Shown: one piece after another, positions 1 through 8,847 of the stretch
Layout: the number at the start of each line of letters is the position of its first letter
Position numbering within the stretch: the first letter of the stretch is position 1
Source: Anaeromyxobacteraceae bacterium
Lineage (GTDB): Bacteria > Myxococcota > Myxococcia > Myxococcales > Anaeromyxobacteraceae
Direction: 5' to 3'
Length of the DNA stretch: 64,000 nt
Assembly: GCA_047602405.1 (NCBI GenBank)
Contig: JASGHJ010000002.1
Span: 3,616,001 to 3,680,000, forward strand
Translations under genes and position numbers: made by a program
Notes under the pieces: model-generated
Seen by the model: only the letters and a program-made list of their open reading frames with translations
Databases searched by the model: none
What the model was told of the DNA's origin: nothing

Positions 1-7
1 GCTCGCG

Positions 8-598
8 GTGATCCTCGGCTACGCGAAGCTCCTCGAGCGGAAGGCCGACCCGGCAGCCGCGAAGGACCTCAAGGTCATCGAGGACGAGACGCTCCGCGCG
101 AAGCAGATCGTGGACGGCCTCCTCGAGCTCGCGCGGCCGCGCGAGGCGGAGCCCGAGCCGGTGGACCTCCGCGCGCTCTGCGACGAGGCCATCGGCCGGC
201 TGCGCGAGACCGGGCTCCTCGACCGCGTGAAGGTCGAGGTCTCCGGCGCGGGCGCCGTGCGCGGCCAGCCGTACAAGCTGCGCCAGGTTGTCTTGAACCT
301 CGTGCGGAACGCCGCCGAGGCCGCCGGCGCGGGAGGCCGGGTCGAGGTCGCGGTCGCGGACGGCGCCGCGGGCGCGGTGCTCACCGTGCGCGACTCCGGC
401 GCGGGCCTGCCCGACGACGCCCGCGCGAGGCTCTTCGAGCCCTTCTTCACGACGAAGGCCAGCGGCACCGGCCTCGGCCTCGCCGTGTCGCAGGGCATCG
501 TGCAGGCCCACGGCGGAGCGATCGAGGCCGCCTCGCCGCCGGGCGGCGGCACCACCTTCACCGTGCGCCTTCCGGCGAGCCCGCCGGGGAGGGTCTAG
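8..598 (+). CDS. Sensor histidine kinase, C-terminal part (5'-truncated by window edge)
   Basis: HATPase motifs LRQVVLNLVRNA, DSGAG, LFEPFFTTK, GTGLGL; directly upstream of a sigma54 response regulator. Confidence 0.93.
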   Translation: MILGYAKLLERKADPAAAKDLKVIEDETLRAKQIVDGLLELARPREAEPEPVDLRALCDEAIGRLRETGLLDRVKVEVSGAGAVRGQPYKLRQVVLNLVRNAAEAAGAGGRVEVAVADGAAGAVLTVRDSGAGLPDDARARLFEPFFTTKASGTGLGLAVSQGIVQAHGGAIEAASPPGGGTTFTVRLPASPPGRV

Positions 599-601
599 CC
601 C

Positions 602-2011
602 TTGGCCGTGCGCCCCCGCGTCCTCGTCGTCGACGACAAGGAGAACCTGAGGAACCTCCTCGTGCGCGTGCTCGGCGAGACCTGCGAGGTCACCGCCGCC
701 GAGGACGGCGCCCGCGCGCTCGCGCTGCTGGCGAGCGCGGAGTTCGACGTGGTGCTCACCGACCTGCGCATGCCCGGCGCCGACGGCTTCGACGTGCTCC
801 GCGCGGCGGCGGCGCGCCCGGCCGCGCCGGAGGTCGTGATGATGACCGCCTACGCCACCGTCGGCGACGCGGTCCGCGCGATGAAGCTCGGCGCGTACGA
901 CTACCTCGAGAAGCCGTTCGACCCCGACGACGCGGCCCTCGTGGTCGCGCGCGCGGCCGAGCGGCGCAGGTCGCGGGAGCCGGCTGCCTCGACGGCGCCG
1001 TCGCCGGGCTCGGCGCCCGTGGGCCCCCCCGGGGGCCTCGTCGGCGACGGCCCGGAGCTGCGGGAGGTGCACCGCCTGCTCGCCCAGGCCGCCGCCGCGG
1101 ATCTCACGGTGCTCCTCACCGGCGAGACCGGCACCGGGAAGGAGCTCGCCGCCCGCGCGATCCACCAGGGCTCCGCGCGGCAGGCGAGGCGCTTCGTCCC
1201 CGTGAACTGCGGCGCGCTGCCGGCCGAGCTCGTCGAGAGCGAGCTCTTCGGCCACGCGCGTGGCGCGTTCACCGGCGCCGCGGGACCGCGACCGGGCCTC
1301 TTCGAGGAGGCCGACGGCGGCACCCTCTTCCTGGACGAGATCGGCGACCTCCCGCTGCCGGTGCAGGTGAAGCTCAACCGGGCGCTCCAGGAGAAGGAGA
1401 TCCGGCGCGTCGGCGACAACCGGGCGACCACGGTCGACGTCCGGGTGGTCGCCGCCACGCACCGCGACCTCCAGGCCGAGGTCGCCGCCGGGCGGTTCCG
1501 CGAGGACCTCTATTACCGGCTCGCCGTCTTCCCCGTCCGCCTGCCCCCGCTCCGCGAGCGCACCGGCGACGTGCCCGCGCTCGCCGCACACCTCCTCGCG
1601 AAGCACGCCCGCGCGCACCGCAAGGCGCTCGACGGCCTCGAGCCCGACGCGCTCCGCGCGCTCGAGGCGCAGCCGTGGCCCGGCAACGTCCGGCAGCTCG
1701 AGAACGCGATCGAGCGCGCCGTCGCCGTCGCGGGCGGGCGCACCGTGACGCTCGCCGACCTCGGCCCCGAGCTCCGCGCGCCGCCCACCACCACCCCCGC
1801 GACGCCCGCCCCCGCCGAGACCCGCCTCCCCTACAAGGAGGCCGTCGAGAACGCGCGCGAGCGCGCGTCGAAGGAGTACCTCGCCGCGATCCTGCGCGAG
1901 CACGACGGAAACGTGACCCGCGCCGCCGAGGCCGCCGGCATGGAGCGCGAGAGCCTGCACCGGCTCATGAAGCGGTACGGGCTCAGGGCGGAGGAGTTCA
2001 GGCGGAGGTAG
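602..2011 (+). CDS. Sigma54-dependent response regulator (NtrC/AtoC family: REC-AAA+-HTH)
   Basis: REC (VLVVDD, DLRMPGADG), Walker A GETGTGKE, ESELFGH, GAFTGA, FREDLYYRL, WPGNVRQLEN, C-terminal Fis-type HTH. Confidence 0.96.
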   Translation: MAVRPRVLVVDDKENLRNLLVRVLGETCEVTAAEDGARALALLASAEFDVVLTDLRMPGADGFDVLRAAAARPAAPEVVMMTAYATVGDAVRAMKLGAYDYLEKPFDPDDAALVVARAAERRRSREPAASTAPSPGSAPVGPPGGLVGDGPELREVHRLLAQAAAADLTVLLTGETGTGKELAARAIHQGSARQARRFVPVNCGALPAELVESELFGHARGAFTGAAGPRPGLFEEADGGTLFLDEIGDLPLPVQVKLNRALQEKEIRRVGDNRATTVDVRVVAATHRDLQAEVAAGRFREDLYYRLAVFPVRLPPLRERTGDVPALAAHLLAKHARAHRKALDGLEPDALRALEAQPWPGNVRQLENAIERAVAVAGGRTVTLADLGPELRAPPTTTPATPAPAETRLPYKEAVENARERASKEYLAAILREHDGNVTRAAEAAGMERESLHRLMKRYGLRAEEFRRR

Positions 2012-2026
2012 GTCGGCCGCCCTGGC

Positions 2027-2340
2027 TCATCCATCCCGCCTCTTCTCGCCGCCTGGCGGATTCAACCACTCCGGCAGCTTCTTTAGCCACGCCTCGAAGG
2101 TGGGCGCGTACTCCTCTGCAACCCCTCGATCGTGGGCCCAATACAAGACGGGGGACTCCTCCGCGGCGCGCGCGTCGAGTGCGAAGTAGTCCCCGTTGCC
2201 GATTCCGTAGATCAAGGCGTGGGCGTCTCGCCATTCACCCGCGGAGAAGCGTACACCGCTCGAAGACGGCCGTCCCGATGCTGGCCCCCACATCGAGTCT
2301 GGTTCAAGCGCTTGAACCGCCGAATTATCCCGCGTAACCC
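2027..2340 (-). pseudogene. SMI1/KNR4 (SUKH)-like immunity protein, C-terminal fragment
   Basis: Frame reads IYGIGNGDYFALD...SPVLYWAHD...YAPTFEAWL, typical of the SUKH C-terminal half; visibly lower GC than flanks; no convincing start. Confidence 0.55.
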
Positions 2341-2434
2341 TCCGTGACTGCACGGATTGCCTGGTTGGCAAATCCCGCGCTGTTCGCCTCGCCGACGGTC
2401 CCGCCCCGGCACCACTCCAGCGCCCGAGCCCCCC

Positions 2435-2800
2435 ATGATGATCCTGATCGCCGGTCCCTACCGCTCCGGCACCCGCGACGACCCCGCCCTGATCGCCGCC
2501 AACGTGCAGGCGATGGTGGACATGTCGCTGCGCGTCTTCCGCGCCGGCCACCTGCCCGTGATGGGCGAGTGGTTCGCGCTGCCGCTGATCGAGGCCGCGG
2601 GCTCGAAGCGCATCGGCGACGCGATCTTCGACGAGATCTTCCACCCCATCTCGCGGGAGCTCGTGGCGCGCTGCGACGCCTGCCTCCGCATCGGCGGACC
2701 GTCGTCGGGCGCCGACGAGATGGTCGCGCTGGCGCGGCAGGCCGGGAAGCAGGTGTTCCTGCGCTTCGAGGACCTCCCCCGGGGCGCGAGGGGAACGTAG
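2435..2800 (+). CDS. DUF4406-like / nucleoside deoxyribosyltransferase-fold small protein
   Basis: MMILIAGPYRSG...CDACLRIGGPSSGADEM pattern; GC3-rich codon usage. Confidence 0.75.
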   Translation: MMILIAGPYRSGTRDDPALIAANVQAMVDMSLRVFRAGHLPVMGEWFALPLIEAAGSKRIGDAIFDEIFHPISRELVARCDACLRIGGPSSGADEMVALARQAGKQVFLRFEDLPRGARGT

Positions 2801-2842
2801 CGGCGCCGGTCATGGAGTCGTGCGCGGACGTCTGCGCGACGA

Positions 2843-2892
2843 CGCCCCTCGTCTCCGCCCGCCTGCGGCGGGCTACGCTCGGGGCGAACGGG
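2843..2892 (-). repeat. Single copy of a REP-like structured element homologous to the unit of the 60.0-61.0 kb array
   Basis: Reverse complement CCCGTTCGCCCCGAGCGTAGCCCGCCGCAGGCGGGCGGAGACGAGGGGCG aligns with array CCCGTTCGTCCCGAGCGTAGGGCCGCGAAGCGGCCCGGAGACGAGGGACG. Confidence 0.8.
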
Positions 2893-3673
2893 CTCGCGGA
2901 ACGTCTCCCTTCACGGAGTGGGCGCCGGGCTCGAGGGAGGCGGCCGACGTGGCCGCGACCTGGTCCTTCTCCGCGTTCCCCCGCGCGACCTTCGCCTTCG
3001 CCTTCGCCCTCGCCTTCGCCTTCGCCTTCGGCTTCGCCGCCGCGGCCGCGGCCTTCCTCTTTGCCCCAACCCCGCGCACCGCCTTCGGCAGCCGGTCCGG
3101 ATGCGGCACCACCCCGCGCGCGAGCTCGTCGACGAACCGCTCGACCTTCCTCGCCCGCAGCTCCGGCTTCTTCGTGAGCATGAGCCGGTGGAGGATCGCG
3201 TAGCGGTTCGCCCCGTCGAGCTTTCCGAAGAGCGCCTTCGCGCGCGGGGCACGCGAGAGGGCCTTCGCGAGGTCGGGAGGCACCGTGGCGTTCTTCGGCG
3301 AGTCGTAGGCCGCGTCCCACCGGCCGTCCGCCTTCGCGCGCTCGACCTCGGCGAGCCCGGGCGGGCTCATGCGGCCGGCCGCGATCAGCGCGGCGACCTT
3401 CTCGCGGTTCACCTTCGACCAGGTGCTCTTCGGCCGCCGCGGCACGAAGCGCTGCTTCCAGGTGCGCGCGTCGAGGCCCTGGCTGCGCGCGTCGATCCAG
3501 CCCCAGCACAGCGCCACCTCGACGGCCTCGAGGTAGGTCACGCGCCGGAGCGGGACCCCCTTCTTCGCGAACTCGAGCCAGACCCCGTCCGGCGAGGTCG
3601 CGTGGTGCTTCGACAGCCACCGCTCCCACGCGGCGGGGGTCTCGCAGACGAGGAGCGGTCCAGGGTCGGCCAT
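2873..3673 (-). CDS. YdeI/OmpD-associated family protein with Lys/Ala-rich tail
   Basis: WERWLSKHH, EAVEVALCWGWID, FVPRRPKSTWSKVN, ADGRWDAAY, ANRYAILHRL motifs. Confidence 0.88.
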   Translation of the reverse strand: MADPGPLLVCETPAAWERWLSKHHATSPDGVWLEFAKKGVPLRRVTYLEAVEVALCWGWIDARSQGLDARTWKQRFVPRRPKSTWSKVNREKVAALIAAGRMSPPGLAEVERAKADGRWDAAYDSPKNATVPPDLAKALSRAPRAKALFGKLDGANRYAILHRLMLTKKPELRARKVERFVDELARGVVPHPDRLPKAVRGVGAKRKAAAAAAKPKAKAKARAKAKAKVARGNAEKDQVAATSAASLEPGAHSVKGDVPRARSPRA

Positions 3674-3931
3674 GACGAGGGGCGAAGGAGAACCGGTTCG
3701 CGGGGTTCTGACCCGGCCAAATCGACCATACAACGCTCGGTTCAACGCTTGACCTCCAGTTCTGTCGGAGGATCCCCCTACAGGGCCGTCGGACGGGACC
3801 CCGACGGCCTGCAAGCACCGGGGACGACACGTCTTTCACGATCGGCCCGACTCTGGGTCATCCGACGTCGAGCGTACGGTCGGTCTCGTGAACGGCCGGA
3901 CCGCCAGACCTCCCAGCCACCCGGTGCGTGC

Positions 3932-4402
3932 ATGAGCGCGGGCCCGCTGCTCTCGGTCCTCGAGCCGGACGCCCGCGCGGACGCGCTCCGGTTCGCCGAA
4001 GCGCTCGAGGCGCTCCCGGGCTCGGCCTGCCTGCTCGGACCCGGCGGCGAGATCCTGTACGTCAACGACGGCTGGGACCGCTTCGCGCGCGAGAACGGCG
4101 GCGCACCCGGCGCGCTCGGGGAGCACCTCCTCGGCAAGCGCTACGCGTCCTACGTCGGTGGCCGCGAGCCGCGCAGCTTCTTCGAGGGGCTCTGGCTCCG
4201 CGTCGTGGGCGGCCAGCCGGTCTCTTACCGCGACGGGTGCGACTCCGCGCTCGTGCACCGCAAGGTGTTCACCTCCTTCACGCCGGTGCGGCTCGGCGCG
4301 AGCTTCGGCGCGCTGGTCGTGCACGCGCTCGATGGCGCCGATGTCGCGCCACCGCTGCGCGAGCCGTCCGGTGCTCGCCCGGAGGCCTCGTGGACGCGGT
4401 GA
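3932..4402 (+). CDS. PAS-domain protein
   Basis: ACLLGPGGEILYVNDGWDRFARENG PAS-like motif; GTGA overlap with next gene. Confidence 0.7.
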   Translation: MSAGPLLSVLEPDARADALRFAEALEALPGSACLLGPGGEILYVNDGWDRFARENGGAPGALGEHLLGKRYASYVGGREPRSFFEGLWLRVVGGQPVSYRDGCDSALVHRKVFTSFTPVRLGASFGALVVHALDGADVAPPLREPSGARPEASWTR

Positions 4403-5019
4403 GGCAGCCCGCGCTGGACGGCGCCGGCGCGCGTCCGGGCGGCGCGCTCGTGCTCGGGCCGCTCGAGCAGCAGCTCTTCGACGGCGGACCGTCCGCGATG
4501 CTCATCCTGGACGCGCACGCCCGCGTGCTCGCGGCGAACCGCGCCGCCCACGCGCTGCTCGGGCCGGACCGCGACTGGCTCCTGCGCCCGAGCGGGGACG
4601 CGCTCCACTGCCTCAACGCCGAGCCCGCCGGCTGCGGCCGGGCGCCCGCCTGCACCGACTGCCTCATCCGCTCGACGGTCGCCCGCGTGCTCGCGAACGG
4701 CCACGTGGCCCGCGAGCGCACCGCGCTCGCGCTCCGGAACGGCCGGGGGCTGCGCGAGCTCTGGATGCTCGTCTCCGGGGCGCCGCTCGATCACGCCGGG
4801 GACCGCCTCGCGCTCGTGACGCTCGAGGACGTCACCGCCCTCGTGCGGGCCCGCGCGCTCCTGCCGATGTGCGCCCACTGCCGGCGCCCGCGGAGCGACG
4901 ATCATTTCTGGACGTCGGTGAAGGAGTACCTCGAGCAGCACCACGACGAGGACGTGAGCCAGGGGTTGTGCCTGGACTGCGCCCGCGACGTGCACGGCCT
5001 CACCTGGAGCGGGGAATGA
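4399..5019 (+). CDS. PAS-domain protein with C-terminal Cys-rich (CxxC...CxxC) domain
   Basis: MLILDAHARVLAANRAA PAS; internal HC..CG...C..C; C-terminal LPMCAHCRR..DDHFW...EY...SQGLCLDC. Confidence 0.75.
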   Translation: MRQPALDGAGARPGGALVLGPLEQQLFDGGPSAMLILDAHARVLAANRAAHALLGPDRDWLLRPSGDALHCLNAEPAGCGRAPACTDCLIRSTVARVLANGHVARERTALALRNGRGLRELWMLVSGAPLDHAGDRLALVTLEDVTALVRARALLPMCAHCRRPRSDDHFWTSVKEYLEQHHDEDVSQGLCLDCARDVHGLTWSGE

Positions 5020-5336
5020 CCCCCGGGCCGGCCGAGGCGAAGCAGGACGGAAGCGGTCTCCCCAGGGGAGACCAGGAGGTCGTCGTGGTCACGCTGGACA
5101 GGAAGCAGGTGTTGCGCTCGCTGGGCACGCAGGTCCGCAAGGTGCGCCTCGAGCGTGGGATGCGGCAGGAGGACCTCGCGATCGCGCTCGGGCTCTCGGT
5201 CGCCTACGTGAGCCTCATCGAGCGCGGACGCCGGAACCCGCCGATCACCACGGTGCTGGCGCTCGCGGAGGCGTTGAACGCCAACCCCACCGACCTCCTC
5301 GTGCGGGAGAGCCCGCTCGCCGAGGTCGCGGCGTAG
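5016..5336 (+). CDS. XRE-family HTH transcriptional regulator
   Basis: LGTQVRKVRLERGMRQEDLA...SVAYVSLIERGRRNP; ATGA overlap with upstream gene. Confidence 0.9.
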   Translation: MTPGPAEAKQDGSGLPRGDQEVVVVTLDRKQVLRSLGTQVRKVRLERGMRQEDLAIALGLSVAYVSLIERGRRNPPITTVLALAEALNANPTDLLVRESPLAEVAA

Positions 5337-5345
5337 CACGCGCGG

Positions 5346-6582
5346 CTAGACGAGCCCCGCGGCGCGCTCGGCGAGCAGGATGCCGAGCGCCGCCGCGAGC
5401 GTGGCGAGCGTCACCACCGCGCCGATCCGCAGGAACCGCCAGAAGCCGATCCGCCCGCGCGAGCCGGCGAGCTCGAGCACGATCACGTTCGCGACCGAGC
5501 CGACGATGGTGAGGTTGCCGGCGAGCGTCGAGGCGAGCGCGGTGGCGAGCCAGAGCAGGCGCGGCTCCGACAGGCGCGGGATCCACTCGCCGGCCAGGAT
5601 CACGAACGGCACGTTCGAGACCACCTGCGAGGCGACGACGGAGAACCCGGAGAACGCGAGCACCTGGCGGGTGATCCCCTCGCCGAGGAGCGGCGCCACC
5701 CGGTCGTACATCGCGCCGGCGAGCCCCGCCCGCGCGGCGCCCGCCACCACCACGAAGAGCCCCGCGAAGAAGACGAGCAGCGGCCAGTCCACCTTCGCGA
5801 GCGCCTCCCGCGGCGCGCGGCCGGAGATGGCCATCGCGAGCCCCGCCGCGAGCAGCGCGGTCCAGGAGAGCGGGTAGCCGAGCAGGAACCCCAGGAGCGC
5901 GACGCCCGTGGCGAGGAGCGCCCGGGCGAGGAGCGGCCGATCGAGGGCGGGGGCGGCCCCCCGCGGCGCGAGCCGGACGCGCGGCAGCTCCTTGCGGAAG
6001 AGCAGGACCAGGATCGCGGCCACGATCGCGAGCGCGGCGAGCGCCGGCAGGAGGAGCGCGCCCGCGAAGGCGCGGTACGGGATCCCCGACAGCGTCCCGA
6101 CGATCATGTTCTGGGGGTTGCCGGTGAGCGTCGCGGCGCTGCCGGCGTTCGCGCCGAACGCGACGGCGAGGAGGTACGGGAGCGGCGGCAGCTCGGCGTC
6201 CTCGACCATCGCGAGCACGAGCGGCGTCATCATCAGGCAGACGGTGTCGTTGACGAGGAGCGCCGACAGCACGCCCGCGACGGCGACCACGCCGGCGAGA
6301 AGCGTGCGCGGCGTGCCGGCCGTCGAGAGGAATCCGGTGGCTCGCCCACCGGAAGAAGCCGGCCTCGGCGAGGTACGCGGAGAGCACCATCGTGCCGAGC
6401 AGGAGCCCGAGCGTGTCGCCGTTCACGGCGGCGGAGGCCTCGGCGGGCGCGAGCACGCCGGTCGCGACCATGGCGACCGCGCCGATGAGCGCCGCGGCGG
6501 GCCGGTCCACCGAGAGGAACGGGAAGCGCCCCGCCGCGATGGCGACGTAGGTGAGCGCGAAGACGAGGGCGGCGGTGAGCAC
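5346..6582 (-). CDS. ArsB/NhaD (SLC13/CitMHS-like) anion permease; +1 frameshift at ~6332, probably a sequencing error
   Basis: N-terminus in ORF 5245..6582 and remainder in 5346..6290; LSALLVND, TLTGNPQN, SNVPFV, STLAGNLTIVGSVAN motifs. Confidence 0.85.
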
Positions 6583-6591
6583 CGTCGCCGG

Positions 6592-7431
6592 CTACCGCTC
6601 GCCCCAGCGCAGCTTCGCGCGGAGGATGCCGAAGAAGTCGATGCGCGGGTTCCGCACGAGGAGCACCGGGTTCGGCGCGGCCTGCACGCGGACCCGGTCG
6701 CCGCGCTCGAGCCGCAGGCCCGTCTGGCCGTCGAGCGTCAGGTAGACCTCGGAGTCGTTGACGAGCAGCACCTCGATGTTCTTGTCGTCGGGGGCGACGA
6801 TCGGGCGCTGGGTCAGGGTGTGCGGGCAGATCGGGCTCACGATGAGCCCCTTCATCGTGGGGAAGACGATGGGGCCGTTCGCGGCGAGGGAGTACGCGGT
6901 CGACCCGGTGGGCGTCGCCACGATGAGGCCGTCGCCCTTGTAGGTGGCGACCCACTGCCCGGAGCACCGCAGGTCGAGCTCGGCCATCTTCGCGAGCGCG
7001 CCCTTGCCGATCACCGCGTCGTTCAGGACCTCGGCGTTCACGACCGGCTCGGCGCTCGCCGCGCGGAACAGGTTCACCTGGAGCTTCATGCGCTCCGAGA
7101 CGATCGCGTGGCCGGCGAGCACCGACTCGAGGGCCGCGTACAGCTCGCTCTGCGGCACCTCGGTCAGGAAGCCCAGGCTCCCCATGTTGACGCCCAGGAT
7201 GGGCACCGGGCGGCCGCCGAGCAGGCGGGCGGCGTGGATGAGGGTGCCGTCGCCCCCGAGCACGACGAGGAGGTCGGCCGTGCGGCCGGCGTCCGGCTCG
7301 TCGGCCGCGACGGCCACGCCCTTCTGCGCGAGGAACGCCGCGACGAGCTTCGCCGTCTCCGTCGCACCCGGCGACCCGACCTTGTGTACGATCCCGACCC
7401 GCCTCGGGATCGGACACGGCTTGCCGTCCAT
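6592..7431 (-). CDS. nadK: NAD kinase
   Basis: GGDGT, GSLGFL, LND, DGLIVATPTGSTAYSL, PICPH motifs. Confidence 0.95.
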   Translation of the reverse strand: MDGKPCPIPRRVGIVHKVGSPGATETAKLVAAFLAQKGVAVAADEPDAGRTADLLVVLGGDGTLIHAARLLGGRPVPILGVNMGSLGFLTEVPQSELYAALESVLAGHAIVSERMKLQVNLFRAASAEPVVNAEVLNDAVIGKGALAKMAELDLRCSGQWVATYKGDGLIVATPTGSTAYSLAANGPIVFPTMKGLIVSPICPHTLTQRPIVAPDDKNIEVLLVNDSEVYLTLDGQTGLRLERGDRVRVQAAPNPVLLVRNPRIDFFGILRAKLRWGER

Positions 7432-7456
7432 GCCGGCATAATATCAGGGACTCCGC

Positions 7457-8785
7457 ATGGACCTCTTCGATCGTGCAGCCGAGCAGGACCCCGCCGCGCG
7501 CCCCCTGGCCGAGCGCATGCGCCCCAGGCGCATCCAGGACCTCGTGGGGCAGGAGCACGTGCTCGGGACGGGCACCGCGCTGCGGCGCGCCATCGAGGCC
7601 GACCGCCTGCCCTCGCTCGTCCTGTGGGGCCCGCCCGGGACGGGCAAGACCACGCTCGCCCGGGTCATCGCCGGGACCACCGGCGCCGAGTTCGTGGCCT
7701 TCAGCGCGCTCCTCGGCGGCGTGAAGGAGATCCGCGAGATCGTCGCGGCGGCGAAGGACCGCCGCAAGATGCACCGGAAGCGCACCGTGCTCTTCGTGGA
7801 CGAGATCCACCGCTTCACGAAGGCGCAGCAGGACGCGTTCCTCCCGCACGTCGAGGACGGGACGCTGGTGCTCATCGGCGCGACCACCGAGAACCCCTCC
7901 TTCCACGTCAACGCCGCCCTCCTCTCCCGGTGCCGCGTCATCTCGCTCCGGCCCCTCGGCGAGGAGGAGCTCGGGGCGCTGCTCGAGCGGGCCGTGAAGG
8001 CTCCGGAGGGGCTCGCCGGGACGGTGACCCTCGCCGACGACGCGCGCGAGGCCATCGCCCGCCACGCGTTCGGCGACGCCCGGCGCGCGCTCAACGCGCT
8101 CGAGGCCGCGGCGTCGAACGCGCTGCTGGCGGGGCGGAAGCTCGTCGAGCGCGCGGACGCCGAGGAGGCGCTCCAGGCGCGCACGCTGCTCTACGACAAG
8201 GCGGGCGAGGAGCACTACAACGTCGTCTCCGCGTTCATCAAGTCGATGCGCGGCTCGGACCCCGACGCCGCCGTCTACTACCTCGTGCGCATGCTCGAGG
8301 CCGGAGAGGAGCCGCGGTTCCTCCTGCGCCGGATGGTGATCTTCGCCTCCGAGGACGTCGGCAACGCCGACCCGCAGGCGCTTGGCGTCGCGGTGAACGC
8401 GCTCCACGCGTTCGAGCTCGTGGGGCTCCCGGAGGGCGTCCTGCCGATGACGCAGGCCGCGACCTACCTCGCGCTCGCGCCGAAGTCGAACACCGCGATC
8501 GCCGCCTACGCGGCCGCGCGCCGGCTCGTGAAGGAGCGCGGGCCGCTGCCGGTGCCGCTCGACCTCAGGAACGCCTCGACCGGGCTCATGGCCGCCATGG
8601 GGTACGGCGAGAACTACAAGTACCCGCACGACTTCGAGGGGAACTACGTCGCCGAGCGCTACCTTCCGGAGGCGATCCGCGCGGAGCGGATCGTGAAGCT
8701 CTCCGGGAACGGCAAGGAGAAGGAGCTCGGGGAGGCGCTCGACGCGCTGCGCGCGCGGAGCGGGAAGCAAGGAGAGAAGGAGTAG
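7457..8785 (+). CDS. rarA: Replication-associated recombination protein A (MgsA/RarA AAA+ ATPase)
   Basis: PLAERMRP, GPPGTGKTT, DEIHRF, GATTENPSF, SAFIKSMRGSDPD, ASEDVGNADP, YKYPH. Confidence 0.96.
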   Translation: MDLFDRAAEQDPAARPLAERMRPRRIQDLVGQEHVLGTGTALRRAIEADRLPSLVLWGPPGTGKTTLARVIAGTTGAEFVAFSALLGGVKEIREIVAAAKDRRKMHRKRTVLFVDEIHRFTKAQQDAFLPHVEDGTLVLIGATTENPSFHVNAALLSRCRVISLRPLGEEELGALLERAVKAPEGLAGTVTLADDAREAIARHAFGDARRALNALEAAASNALLAGRKLVERADAEEALQARTLLYDKAGEEHYNVVSAFIKSMRGSDPDAAVYYLVRMLEAGEEPRFLLRRMVIFASEDVGNADPQALGVAVNALHAFELVGLPEGVLPMTQAATYLALAPKSNTAIAAYAAARRLVKERGPLPVPLDLRNASTGLMAAMGYGENYKYPHDFEGNYVAERYLPEAIRAERIVKLSGNGKEKELGEALDALRARSGKQGEKE

Positions 8786-8847
8786 GCGCCGCGGGCCCAC
8801 GCCCGGGGCCGTGACAGACGGGCGGCACCCGTGGTCAAGTGCGCGCC

